Positions 39,678-52,600 of a DNA stretch of 64,000 bases are shown here, piece after piece. Origin of the DNA: Auanema rhodensis (Eukaryota; Animalia; Nematoda); NCBI GenBank assembly GCA_964057225.1, contig OZ059896.1:17856001-17920000 (forward strand). The letters are read 5' to 3'. The translations under genes were made by a program, and so were the position numbers. How positions within the stretch are numbered: the first letter of the stretch is position 1; the number at the start of each line of letters is the position of its first letter. The notes under the pieces are model-generated. The model searched no databases. It was not told the origin of the DNA and worked only from the letters and a program-made list of their open reading frames with translations.

Positions 39678-40232
39678 CATTTTCATTTGAATCAATTGTT
39701 TTTATTTGAAATGAACTCAGAAGACATTGTTCAGCATAATACCAACACATGAAGATCATTTGACATAAATTTATGGGCCAAAATTTATGTGAAAATTACA
39801 ATATTGCTTTCAGGATTTTTTTTAAAACTAAAGAAATGGACTACAAACATTTGAAACGAAACACAAAAAGCAGAATAGAAATATTGAATAAATATGAAAA
39901 TTAATAGTATTAAAAGAAAAAATTAAGAAAAAATTAAAAGAATTAATTATAAATCAAAGAGTATAACATTCAAAAGATTAATTAGTAATGTAATAAAAAT
40001 GAAACAAATAGAAATTAATATTGTATAAAATAAAAAAATAACAAATATTAAGTAAACTTGAAAATTTTTATAATTAGCTATAGTAAAGCAAACTCAGCTA
40101 TACCTAACATTCCTGCAGCATCATTGTTTTCTTCAGATCGGACTATCTATACTAATGCTAGTAATAAACGAATTGAGCTTAACTATATCTTGAGTAATGA
40201 ATTGCTTATAATTTGAATTAAAACAGTTTTTA

Positions 40233-41174
40233 TCAAAACTTATTCGAGAAAGATTGATCTTGTAGTGGCTTAGATATTTTAAGCATAACTTGCCAACCTC
40301 TTCGATATTGGTTGACAAAGAAAAGACAATACAATGGAAATACAACTGCTATAGCTGATGAACTTACACCTAATGGTAAAATAAGTTGATGCACATTAAT
40401 TCTAAAAAAAGATAAAATATCAAATAAAATATATGGTCCCAAGACGAATAGATAAACAAGAACAGCCTAAAATCCATGTATATGAAGTATAAAGACAGAA
40501 TTATGAGTTTTACAACTTTATTAAGAAATATTGTAAAAAGAACTTACTGTACAACAGAATACATGTATCAAATCTTTTGTATATATTCGTCGACGTGAAC
40601 TGATCTGTTGATCAAGAGCTATACGTCTAGTCATTGTTAAAATATGTAAAACTATTGAAGAAACAATAAGAGAAAGAGAAAAAATAGTAGGAAATATAGA
40701 ATCAACCCTACTCTATAAATATTTTTATTTATTTTGAAATTGTGACTGTTTTTAGTTTGAAATAAGCTCTTTAATGCTTGAATAAAAATAGAAAAATAAA
40801 CTAACATATCTGCACATAATTACAGAACTGCTTGTTATAGTACTATCTAGATAAGCTTTAGCTATATCTATATAATAGTTAAGCTCAAAATTATTCTCTT
40901 CATGTACAAATGTATATTTACGATACATACAATATGAATGTATAATAGCAGTAATTATACAAATAGTTAAAGATATTATATGTTTCGATGATCTTGGACT
41001 GATAGAACTGTAAATAGATTTATATGAATAAGGCTAAAATTATTATTTTTTAATTATATAATTATATAATGATAATTGGTAAAGATATAATTATTAAAAT
41101 TCTATTTTAGAATCATTCGACATGATTCAAAAAATTAAAGAAGCATATTGAGAAATAGATGTCTTCTTCAAATG

Positions 41175-41209
<35 letters not shown>

Positions 41210-42319
41210 AAGTAACTCAAAAAGACTAACCTATGCATTACAAGAAAACGATATATAAATCCAAAATATGCATTCATTATACAAATTAATTTAAAAAAAT
41301 TGAACATAGTAAATATAGAATATTTCCATGTTTCAGATGGTGTAATTCCAATATATATTATATAATGCATATTGGCATGTGATATAAAAACCTAAAAATA
41401 AAATTTATTTTAAGTATTTATATGATTTTCTTTTAAATCTCCTTTATTTTTTTATTATAATTACTTTGTTTTTATTACAAAGACAACTTGTAACAACTTG
41501 TAACAGCTTGTATTAAAACTTGATCGAATAATGAGTTTAAGAAAGTTTTCATTAATTATTATATAGAAATATCATATTTGCAGATTAAAATGAAATATCA
41601 TTCAAATTAATTGAAATAAAATATTAAAATATAAATATATATTTGTAATTATAAATAATTTTCTTTTAAAAACGATAATAATAGTCCAAAATAGAAATTT
41701 TAAATTTACAAAAAAATATATTTTTTTTATAATAATATACTTGATCACAATCATTATGTACTATATATATACATACATATAGATTTTGAAATTCCTAGAA
41801 ATGAAATCTCGACTTAAGTAGATTCTGACAACTCGACTTTCGACTTGAAAACGTTGATTACGGTCAATTAGCCTAATTATATATTTAGAACCATAGATAT
41901 AGTTATTTATATTTTAAAAAATTATTATTTATTATTTACATTTCATTACAAATTATTAAAAAATATTTGTAATAAATTGAAAATTTTTCGATAAAAAGAT
42001 GTATTAATAACTATATTATTTATTAATTTAATATATATTTTCTTTTTTATTATAAATTAATAAATAAGAATTTTAAATTAATATATTCTTAAGATACTAT
42101 GATGTGATATGAGTTATAACTTACAGGTTGAATAACAGCATACGAAACAGCTAAACACGCCATTAAAAGTGCTGTAATTTGAACAAAAAGTGGATACAAA
42201 ACTTCTTTTCTATTTTTTTGCTTTAATATAATATAAATTATTAGAAGGTTTAAAGGTAAAGCTAATAATGCTGATATAAAAAATATTGAATGAATTATTT
42301 GAATTCCTTGTGAAGGCAT
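40233..42319 (-). CDS. Serpentine 7TM chemoreceptor (Str superfamily: str/srh/sri/srd-like), 5 exons, about 317 aa
   Basis: Exons 42319-42125, 41391-41231, 41007-40806, 40712-40548 and 40466-40233 join in frame and give seven hydrophobic segments (PLNLLIIYIIL; YAVIQP|VFIS; FGFIYRF; IISLTICIITAII; IFPTIFSLSLIVSS; AVLVYLFVLGPYIL; AIAVVFPLYCLFFVNQYRR). A TTTAG acceptor lies 7 nt before the ATG. Confidence 0.82.
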
Positions 42320-43749
42320 ATTAACCCTAAACAACAATATATAATTAGATGTTATATGATAAAACACAAAATTTAAATATAAGATTAAAATATAATTAAA
42401 ATGAAAATAAATATGTGTTTAGAATTAAAAAATAAAGAGATCATGATAAGAAGAGCTTATGCTTTAAAAAATATAATTCAGAAAGTAAAAACAAACAAAA
42501 AATTCTCGGAACTCATAACGTGGGTGTAGATAATTTCAGTTTTTTTTTGAGGAAAAAAACTGAACAGTAGATGGGAAATAGAAACTTATAAACTGAATAA
42601 ATATGAATTTTGGTATTGAAAATGAGAAGATAATTATCGAATTTTACTTAGAATTACGATTTATACGATGATATTACCTTTAAGAATATGAAAATGATGA
42701 TATTAAATTGTAAATGAGAAAAGAAAATGACAAGTTTTAGAAAAAAGATAATTGATATAAACTACATAGTATAAAGAAATATTAAAATAATGATTGAAAA
42801 ATGAAATATTGTATTATATAGATATATATATAGATATATTTGATTTTGAAAATTAATTTTTATTAGTTCTAATATGTTGAACAGAAATAATTTCAATTGT
42901 AATAATTGATTACAAAAAATATTAATTATATTATTTATATATTATATTATAAAATCAAATATTTAAACCTAAGCTAAATTACAGTTGATCAACATTTAGT
43001 TCCAAAAATGTAATGAAAAAAAGGAAAAAATAGCTGATAATAGTGAATTCAAACTAAAACTATAATATGTTATGTTATATTTGAAGTAATTTAACTTTTT
43101 TTTAAATAACCCATGATTAAGTTTCACAAGTTAAGTTCAAACTTTCTCTATTAAGTTTGTTGAGTACGAAAATTGGAAACCAACCAAGATTAGATGATGA
43201 TGTAAACTAATTTGAGTTGAAGATTGAAAAAGAGAAAAAGTAAAAATGACAATAGAATAGTACCATATGTATGTATTAAAATTAGAATTATATATTATAT
43301 ATATAGTTAAATATATATTTATATATATATTAAAACATTTAAATATAAAATGACAATTTATTAAACGAAAAATAATAGATCAGATTATCATCAGACAAAA
43401 AGTATAAACAAAAACAAATGAATGACAACGTTTTATATTTGTGGAGAGGGGGGTTGAAAACAAAATATTATTTATAATTTCATTTAAATACATGTAGAGA
43501 TGTGTAGAGAAATTATTATTATTTGAATATTATTTGTTTACAACATATTTTAATTGGAATTTTGTTATAATATTCATAAAAATGAAATAATTAATCTTTT
43601 TTACTATTCTTTTCTACATATGAAGTAATCAGAAATCTTCTAACATCTCCACCCCTCTCTATCTTTCTCTTTTACTCTATTTTTGAAAGAATTATCATAA
43701 ATTTACAGAAACAATTCAATATCTACTATATTGAGATATTAATACTATA

Positions 43750-45905
43750 TCACCTTCTTCTATGATCTCTGGCAATGTTACTCTGTGGTGGAAGATGAGT
43801 TCTTGATAATGATCTCGATTTGTCGCTACTTTCAATATCTACCACATCTTCGTCTGTCGTACCATCTGATTCATTTTCTGAATTCTCCTTGTCTTCAGTT
43901 TTCTCATCATCTTCAGATTCTTCCTGGTTTTCATCATTCTCCTCCTTCTCGTCTACATTGTCGTCAACTTTCTCGTCAACTTTGTCGTCAACTTTCTCGT
44001 CAACTTTCTCGTCAACTTTCTCGGTATTTGTGAGCTGCTCCGTCGGTACAGTGTCGAATGCAGCTTGATCGTCAACCTTCTCAGTATTTGTCAGGTTTCC
44101 TGCCTGTACACTTTGACTTGATTCTTGATTTTCAACCTTTTCAGTATTTATCATATCTTGGGTCTGCACAACATCCATTGAAGCCTCATCGTCAACTTTC
44201 TGAGTAGTTGTGAGATTTCCAGCTGATATAGTCTCATTAGAGCTACTTATATTTGTTATTGGATTCACTGCATCGGTTGCATTAGATGATACCACAGAAT
44301 CGTTTTTCTTCTCAGGTTCAACCGTTAATATTTCAACTGCAGCATTTGTTGTTGGCGCATTGTCAGGAACAATCGGAAGTTCAGTAGATGATTCAGGTAA
44401 TACTTCCGGAAATTTAGTTGTTTCTCCTCCAATAATGGTGAAATTGAATGGAGAAGTATTACATAAATCAAAACTACAACAACAAATTACAATTTGTACA
44501 TCAGTATGATTAACACATCCAACCTGAAAATAAGTTTTTTTAATAAAAATTTCGAAGAACATTTTACATTTATTATATTTTCGATAAAAAAGTTAGTAAA
44601 GTTTCTCTTACATATTATATTATAAACTAAAAATTTCTTTTTGTTGACATTTTTTCTAATAAAAACTATACTAATAGAACGTTTTTGCAGTTTTATAACC
44701 GAATAAACGTTTGAAATTCTTATCACTGAACTCAAGAATTTCCGAAATATAATGTTTTTATCATATGGTTTTTCAGACTTTTATAAAATATAATCAGTAA
44801 TAATATTACAGAGTGACCGATTGTAATTAACTGATAACATTCAAAGTTTAAAAAAAAATGTTCCAAATAAAAGATTAAATTATTTCACTTTTGAATGATT
44901 ATTACGAATTATAAAACTAAAATTTATACTTATCATACTGATGAAAATATTATTTTTCAATTGATATAATCAAAATAATGCACTTCATCGCTCAAAACTC
45001 AGAAGAAAGTTTGTTTAATGAAGAAAAATTAATAAAACCAGTTATATATTTTTTGATATTTTAGCAACTTCAGGACAAAGCTTATAAGTTCGTTGCACAT
45101 ATTGAATACTATCAACATTCGCTCTGTGTTCTGTTTAATTCATGTTTCCCTATCTACTTTCAATATCTATCGCTCTCTCTCATAATAGAAATTTTTGACT
45201 ATTAGTTCTCATGATCATCGAAAGTAATAATATGATTAACTTTTGAAAAATAAAATAAACGAACTTTACATATGTCAAGAAGTTTCTGATCTGTACTTCT
45301 TAGCTGACATTGAGCTGTACCCTCTGTCTGGTTATAGTTGAAAGATTCAAAACAATACTCCATTCCTTCCTCACATTGTTGCTCAACGAATGTGTCTGTC
45401 GATGATCCCTTGATTTGACCTTTAGATCCTGAAGTAAATAGATTAAGTATCATAGAATCATTTGTAAAAAAAGAAATAAAGAGGGAGGGATTGTAGCGGA
45501 AAAGTGGGTAGAAGGCGGGGATGTGTGAGAGGGGAAGAGAACGTTACAAAGAACGTTACAAGCATTAGCAAAGATGAGAATTTCTTCCAAAACTTGTTGA
45601 GTCATGGTGATATTTCAAAATCAGAAAATGTTATTGCTGATTGTAAAGAATGCATATATAGCCATACATACACAATGAAAAGAAAAGGAGGAGGAAGAAA
45701 AACTGATGCAAACTTGAAAAAGTTTGCGAGAAGAAATAGTGATCATGATTGAAATTAAGTGCATGATGACGAAAAAAGAGGAAGAGCAGGAGGAAAAGGA
45801 GGTATCCCTGATGATTATTGACTCACCTTCATAACACTTCAACTCGTGGCTAATAGATAGAAATAATAAAAAGAGAAAGCAACCAAATTGAGTACGATAC
45901 AACAT
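43750..45905 (-). CDS. Secreted ET-module / three-finger (Ly6-uPAR-like) protein with long acidic Thr/Asp/Glu-rich repeat tail
   Basis: Exons 45905-45827, 45428-45265 and 44523-43750. Signal peptide MLYRTQFGCFLFLLFLSISHE, then LKCYEG...C...YCF...C...C..GC...ICCCSFDLCN, the CCCxxDLCN ending of ET/three-finger modules, then about 230 aa of acidic low-complexity sequence. The C-terminal stop could instead be a splice donor (AG|GTGATA). Confidence 0.78.
43950..44030 (-). repeat. Coding 12-bp tandem repeat (E/D-K-V-D units)
   Basis: tcgtcaactttc/g repeated about 6 times, encoding EKVDEKVDEKVDDKVDEKVDDNVDEK. Confidence 0.9.
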
Positions 45906-47087
45906 TCTATTCTACGAATTTCAGGTAGGATATCTGAAGTTAAAATTATAATTTATAAATTATTTTCAAAATGTAAATTTTAAAAAATCAATAATAATGA
46001 AGAAAAACAATAAGTATAATACATATTTATATCGTTATATACGTATATTGATGAGGCAGAGAGAAAAAGAGAGAGAGAGAAGAAAAAATAGTTTAATTAC
46101 TCAAACATAATCACATTTCGAACTCAAGAAAACAAAGAGAGAAGATAGACGATCTGCAAACAACGACACAGCGTATATGCGGACTTTGAGCTATCTTACA
46201 CACAAGAAAGAAAAATTCGCTTTCAATTAAGGACAACCGTCGTCTATGAGTTTGGGGCTGTTCAGGTCTTGCAATGATCTCAGTTCGTGGCGAGAAGGAC
46301 ACATATGTGGTTTTGTAAAAAGTGATTACTGAACAATAGCTTCGAGTCACAATGCTTAGGGTAAGCAACAATTCGCACGAGATGATTGGACTGTAAGTGA
46401 GCACACCAGCTGGTAGGACAAGAGTAGTAAAGTCTTACAGAACAAGATAGTAAGAGGGGAGTGTCTTTCTGTAATCATTGCTATTCCCACTGGAATAAGA
46501 AAATCGTTTTATCAGACTGCACAAAACAAGTACTGTGATGTTCCATATGATGACCTCTTGAAACTTATATGTCACATTACTATGGTCCTGATAAGAAATG
46601 AAACGTAATACATGGTAAAAAAAATCCTCTTTCTTCACAATTTTGAATGCTAGAAAACAGCCGTGGGACTGAAGAAGGTAGTTCAAACGTCAGCCAGCTG
46701 ATTCCGTACACATACATATTCTGGTAAAATGCAATGCTTCAAAGTGAGAGAGAAATAAGACGAAATAGCAAGTTTTGCGCTTGTACAAGTGAGGAATATA
46801 GAACAGTTTGCTCACATTTTTTGTCTGTCCGTCATATGAATGTAGGAGGTGCTGGGAAAGGATGATGTGAAAGCACATACAATCAAAACTGACGGGCTAT
46901 TGCCACAGAAAAAAATAGAACAAAACCAGATTATAAATCTTTATATAAGGAAAAAGCAATGTTTTTTCTTAGTTCAAGATACGAAATAATAATTTAAAAG
47001 GAAAAAAGAAACATTTAAGAGTGAAATTATGGAGCAATCGTCCTCTATTGAACACAAAACAGGCTTTTGTCCAATTTTTTCTTGTTG

Positions 47088-49612
47088 TTATTTGGCAATG
47101 GTACCGGTTGTTATCATGTAAAATTGATCTGCCGCTGTATTTTCTTTCGTTTGCATGTGGGTAAGACCAAGATAAATCTGGAAAAAAAGAGAAAGGAAAC
47201 AGAATTAGTATATGATAATAGTTGAACTCATAGCTAATCTTAATTACGGCACATACCTTGTGTCCATCAGAATGTGGAATTAAACTTGTGTAATTACCCC
47301 AAACATAATTTTGATTTCCTAATAGTTCATCATCTGAAAATATCGATATATTTATATATAATATTAAAAACAATGAAAATATGTATGTACTTCATGTATT
47401 AATACAATTAATTATACTATACATATATTATATTCTTACCTCTACTCCATGCGCTGAACAGTTTGTCTGAAATCTTAGTTTCCCCAGCATTTAAAGACAT
47501 CAGATATTGAGAGTAAGCCGTTGATGTGCATGTTGGTGACAATGTGTCTTTTCCACACATTGATGATTTTTTTGGGCCACAAAAATCGCCAGCCCAGAAG
47601 CCATTCTGCAACGTAAGTATACAAACATGCATAAGGACAGTTTCAGATTGGCAAATCAAAGATTACAATGTTCTCGTCTCTCTCTATATTTCTATCTCTC
47701 CACTGTCTACTATTTCTATGTTATTGCTTATTTTTTTAATAGCTAAACTTACCACTGGGTTGCATGTTGGATAAAATTCGCTATCGCCAATGCAGCTGCA
47801 CAGACCACGATTTGCTCCAGATAAACCGATAAAAACATTTACTTTCGAAGCCAACGAGTTACCAAGATTACAATGAGCTAAGATATAGATGGTTAGTTTT
47901 TTATTTTAATTTTATTAATTTGTACTTTTCGAATCTTTGACATTGCCTCCAGCAATTATTTTCCTCCCTAGGGTAACACCCATTGAATGACCGATGATAT
48001 TGATTTTATCAGCTTTTGTATAGGCTAAAACAGCTTCGACAAACTTTCTTAACCGAATTAAAGTTTTACAATCATGTTTCCTGAAAAAAAATAGTTTTTT
48101 GAATTTTTTTCGTGAAAGTAATCAGAATGTCTATCGTTTTTTAAGTAAAATTATTTCGAAAATGATTTTTTTAGTTATTTTTATTTAATTTTTATTAAAA
48201 TTTGATGATAATTATTAATACTATCAAATAGATTATTTTATAATTATACATATAAATTGTTAATGTTATCTATAACGTTTGGTCATAAACTAAGTTCACT
48301 ATTTAAAATGTTTTAAAATTACTTATAATTCAAGATTTAAACTTATTTAAATCAAATTTTTATTTTTTAAATTTAATAAAAAACTCCTCTAACTTTTTAC
48401 GAAGAAAAACAAAAAACCTATGTACTTATGTACTTATGATGAAGCATACATGTTTGTATATTCATGCAAAGTCGTGTTCGCTAAAACCTGAAGAGTTTTC
48501 CGAATAAACAAAAAAAATTTAAAAACCAATAAATGATGTTTTTTTTCTTTTTTTTTCTAAAAAAAATCAGTTATTGAGTTGAAACAAAAATATTTATGAA
48601 AATTTTGAGTATGTAATGTTTAGCGAATACGACTGTGTATGTGATATTATAACCTTAATATTATATTAAAACTTTTTTTATTGGAAAAATTAAAAAAAAA
48701 GGAATACGGAACTTTGAATTAAAAGAAAAATTGAATAATTACCTTAGAGTTGCTTCAGCAGCTATAGTATTACCCCAGGATGTAGCATATAACTCAGAGA
48801 GACTATATCCTTTGTTAAGAAAATACTAAAATAAAAACTAGAATTAGGTATAAATGAAAAATATAATAACTATGATTGTATATTGTATATTTATATTTTA
48901 GATATTTCAATTATGATATACATATGTAATTCTTGTAATATTTAAGTAAAAAAATGTTTTAAGCAATTTGTCATAGAGGAATCACAAGATAGATTGATCT
49001 TTTCAATTTCTATTTCATTATACTATATATATTCAGCTTAATAACATGGGAAAATTCAAGAATTATCATTCTTCCAAGTTTTGTCCATTATTTATTTGAA
49101 TAATTTTAAAAATAAGAAGTAAAGAAATTTTAGTTAATATGAAACTTGGTGATAATTCTTAGATTTTGGACCTATTATATAATTCTTTTGAAATACTAAA
49201 ATAGCTTACGTGAACTGTATTAGTCCAACCTGTTGAAAAACTATTAGCGGTCAGAGCAGCATCTGAATTACCATGCATAAAAATAGTTGGAGTATGTTTT
49301 ATCTCAAAAAATAAAAAGTAATATAAATAAAAATTTTCTTTGATACCGAATCAGAATTACTTAGTTTTCCACCAAAGCTGCCATAGTCTGACATGCTAAC
49401 TCGAGGGAAGTCATATGTTGCATACCCATTTCTATAAATTTTGAATATTAATAGTTAGCAATATATAAAATGAAAAGAACTGCAACATCTTGAATTGGAA
49501 CTTACGATTTCAGAAAATTGTTAAAATGATCTGTAATTGGTCCTATGCCGTTATGTTTTGCAAATGAGTTAACTATTAATATAGCTACAATAAAAACAAG
49601 CCTGGTGAACAT
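47088..49612 (-). CDS. Secreted lipase, Lipase_2/EstA-like family (nematode lips genes), about 9 exons
   Basis: Spliced product MFTRLVFIVAILIVNSFA...GPITDHFNNFL...YGSFGGK...PTIFMHGNSDAAL...GW...YFLNKGYSLSELYATSWG...HDCKTLIRLRKFVEAVLAYTKADKINIIGHSMGVTLGRKII...VFIGLSGANRGLCSC...CNPVNGFWAG...DDELLG...TSLIPHSD...GLTHMQTK...IAK*. It has the GHSMG nucleophile elbow (about 47978-47992), the HGN oxyanion motif and catalytic Asp/His candidates. Confidence 0.92.
48458..48646. repeat. Intronic inverted repeat (about 29 bp arms, 130 nt A/T spacer); possible MITE remnant
   Basis: Left catgcaaagtcgtgttcgctaaa and right tttagcgaatacgactgtgtatg are reverse complements with two G-T pairs and one mismatch. 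Confidence 0.7.
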
Positions 49613-52600
49613 TTTTTGAACTAAATGAACCTTATATTCAAAATTTGAAATAACAAAATAGTGAAAAATAAGAAAAAAAGAGAAGAGGTGTGAGAGGAGT
49701 ATGTTTATTACTTCTAAGCCGACGGAAGAAAATGAAAACCGAGCCAGAACATGATAAGACCAACATTATGAGATTATATAGACGTTTATTTCGATTAGAT
49801 TTAATAAAGTTTGATTAGTCAATTGGAACATCACAATAACAAATCTACAACGTGTTAAACAGGTAGTTAAAGAACATCTTGATAGCGGTAGATCCTCCTC
49901 CCACTCACGTATTCTAAGTTTAACATTTCTGTTATTAAGGAAAACATGAAATAAAAATTTAAGTATTTCCAATGACATGAATCAACGACTACTCTGGATG
50001 TCAATCATGCGTAGCGTTTACTACAATGTATTTGTGCATTTTTCTTTTCAAGTTTAAGCTTCAACTTCGGCACCGTTCTAATTACTTAGCAGAAAAACCT
50101 CCTCCTCTATGCATACATACAACTCACAACAAATATACACCATCACTTTTATTTTAATTATGATATCATGTATACTATGACAAACTTTTGAATAAATTTT
50201 TTATGATCAATAATCACAAAACAGTTATACAAATTATCATTTTGTCATTCAATATCCTATGTTTCATGAGAAGGATTATTCGTTTTTGATAAAGCATTAC
50301 AGATCACAATGAAAATGATATCAATATTTAATATTAAAGTGTCAGATAATACAGTTATATGCTTACTTTTTTTCATTTTTAAAGCACATGAGATCAGTTT
50401 ATCTCCACGTGAATTATCGTACCACCATCAATTCTAATGTGATCGCGTGGGAAGTGAACGTACATCATTAGATAGCAAGTAAACTCTCAGTTTTCTTCCA
50501 TTTTTTCCACCATTTCATATTTGAAAAGTTCAGAAAACGGTTGTTCAGATTATATACAAAGATCCATTTAATATTCATTATTTCAGGAAGAGTACCCATA
50601 AATGAAAAAAATCAAGAAATCCTGTCGGAGCATGAAGAATAAAATAAACAAAACATTCGTTCAGTTACAGAGTTAAAATTTTCGTCTTAACAAGAAATAT
50701 GTATCAATTTCTTAGCATTGTGTTTAGGTTCAGTATTTCCATTTCATATTTTGTAAAATTGCTTTTTTTTGTTTGTTCTATGAGAAACGAAATAGTCTTA
50801 TGGTTCTAAATGTAAATTCTGAAAATAAGAAATTAAAAGACCTAGAGATTAAACTATATAATCACATGGTTCTGAGAGAACAATACGTCTGCCCATTTCT
50901 GATCATGGCAATCATTACTAGTTTTTTAACCGATTGATCTTTACGCCGCTATTTAACGTTCTTCAATCGTTTTTTCTATATATACCAACCTATATTACCA
51001 GTTTTCCGTGGAATACTATTTCGAAAACTTCTGCCTGATACACATTCGTTTTAACTTTTTACTTGAAAGAATATCTTGACTGTAATGTTTACAACCGTAA
51101 CCATTTCATTTGTTTTTTTTTCTAAAATTGTTATGGATTTTTTTTCTATAGCTTCATTTCCTAATTTTTAACAAATGTTGTGAGACCTCTATATTCATGA
51201 AGATTTTAAAATAAAAGTATGCACTGGTATATTTCCAGTCGATTAGTGAGACAAACAGCTGGAATATCCACTGATAAACACGATCAATGGCCAATATTCT
51301 CTCTTCTCCCCTTTCTTCTCTTATTCGTTCGCATCATCTTTTTCTCCGGATTTTCCGTCCGTTGTAGCTTAATCTCACAGCCGCTTTTTCATCCTCTCCC
51401 TCCTACAAGAAAATCTTCAATGTATGTGCTTTTATTTGAATCAAATTAAAATATTATTCACTTTTCCTTTTCCCTTTCCTTCGTAAGAATGAACTACGTT
51501 TAAAATTTAATTTGTTGACGTCATGTCTTTCAATGCCCTTTCTCTAATACTCATTGATTACAGTTCATATCCTTTTTTTCTACTTGAAATTTACTTAAAT
51601 GCAAAGACAACTGTCACTTTCATGAGATCACAAAAATATTTTCAAATTTATATTTCTAGAAGATTCTAGCAAATTTATTGGATAAACCATATTTCACAAC
51701 AATCTATATAATACGAAATTGTGAGCATAATAATGAGTGCTGTTAACTCAGTATTATCTTTGAAAACTTCGTTCACATCAAATTCTTTTTGAACATCGTC
51801 GACACATTGTTTGTCCTTCAGCATCATTCGGCAAAAGTCTCCCCCTCCCCGAAAAAACCACGACCAACGGGTTCTATCTATCATGATTACGTCATAGAAA
51901 GAAGTGTTTGAGGCAACATAGGCGGTAGGCGACGGCTGGACGGCAATCCTATACCCTACACACATTGATTGAACAGACAGCCGTCAACTACTAAAGGGTT
52001 TTCCCCACATGTCATGTTCTATTCTATAGTCATTCCATATTTGTTTCATATTAACCACCGTAAAATCTTAAATTTTTTGTTCAGACAGATTCCTCTACAG
52101 TACAACACCAAATAAGTCAGCGGATACTTGTTGACACCTACCAAGTGCGTGCATTTACACGAAACCTACGCAATATATCGGCATAATTTTGGCTAAAACA
52201 CATGTTTTCGTAATTTTTCATCAGATTATTTTATTATATGCCTTTTTCACTTAAAATTCTTTCTACTCTTTAGTGCATATGGTCAACTTTATATGTACCC
52301 GAAGAAAGTTTGTTCTGGAGAGTTTCTTTTAGTTTTTATCAGGAAACGGGACATACGGCCCTTCACGCCTTATCGAAATGATGTTGCGGTGTCTGTTCTG
52401 TTACAGATATTTTATCTTGATGTGTTGTACTGCTGCAAAGAATTTTCACTTGGTTTTCCGAATATTACATGCATCTCCGCTCCTCATCGATTGCTCCAAT
52501 GCATGTGTGTAGTCTCTCTCAAACTACCGCGATCGCTCAGTCTACAACACAACGTTTTCATTTGCCAGTTGTATAAACGGTTACTTCACTTTTCGCTGTT

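Noticed and set aside
47088-49612. Bacterial-type (EstA-like) lipase as a recent horizontal transfer
   Set aside because: It is intron-rich, has host-like composition and belongs to the known nematode lips family.
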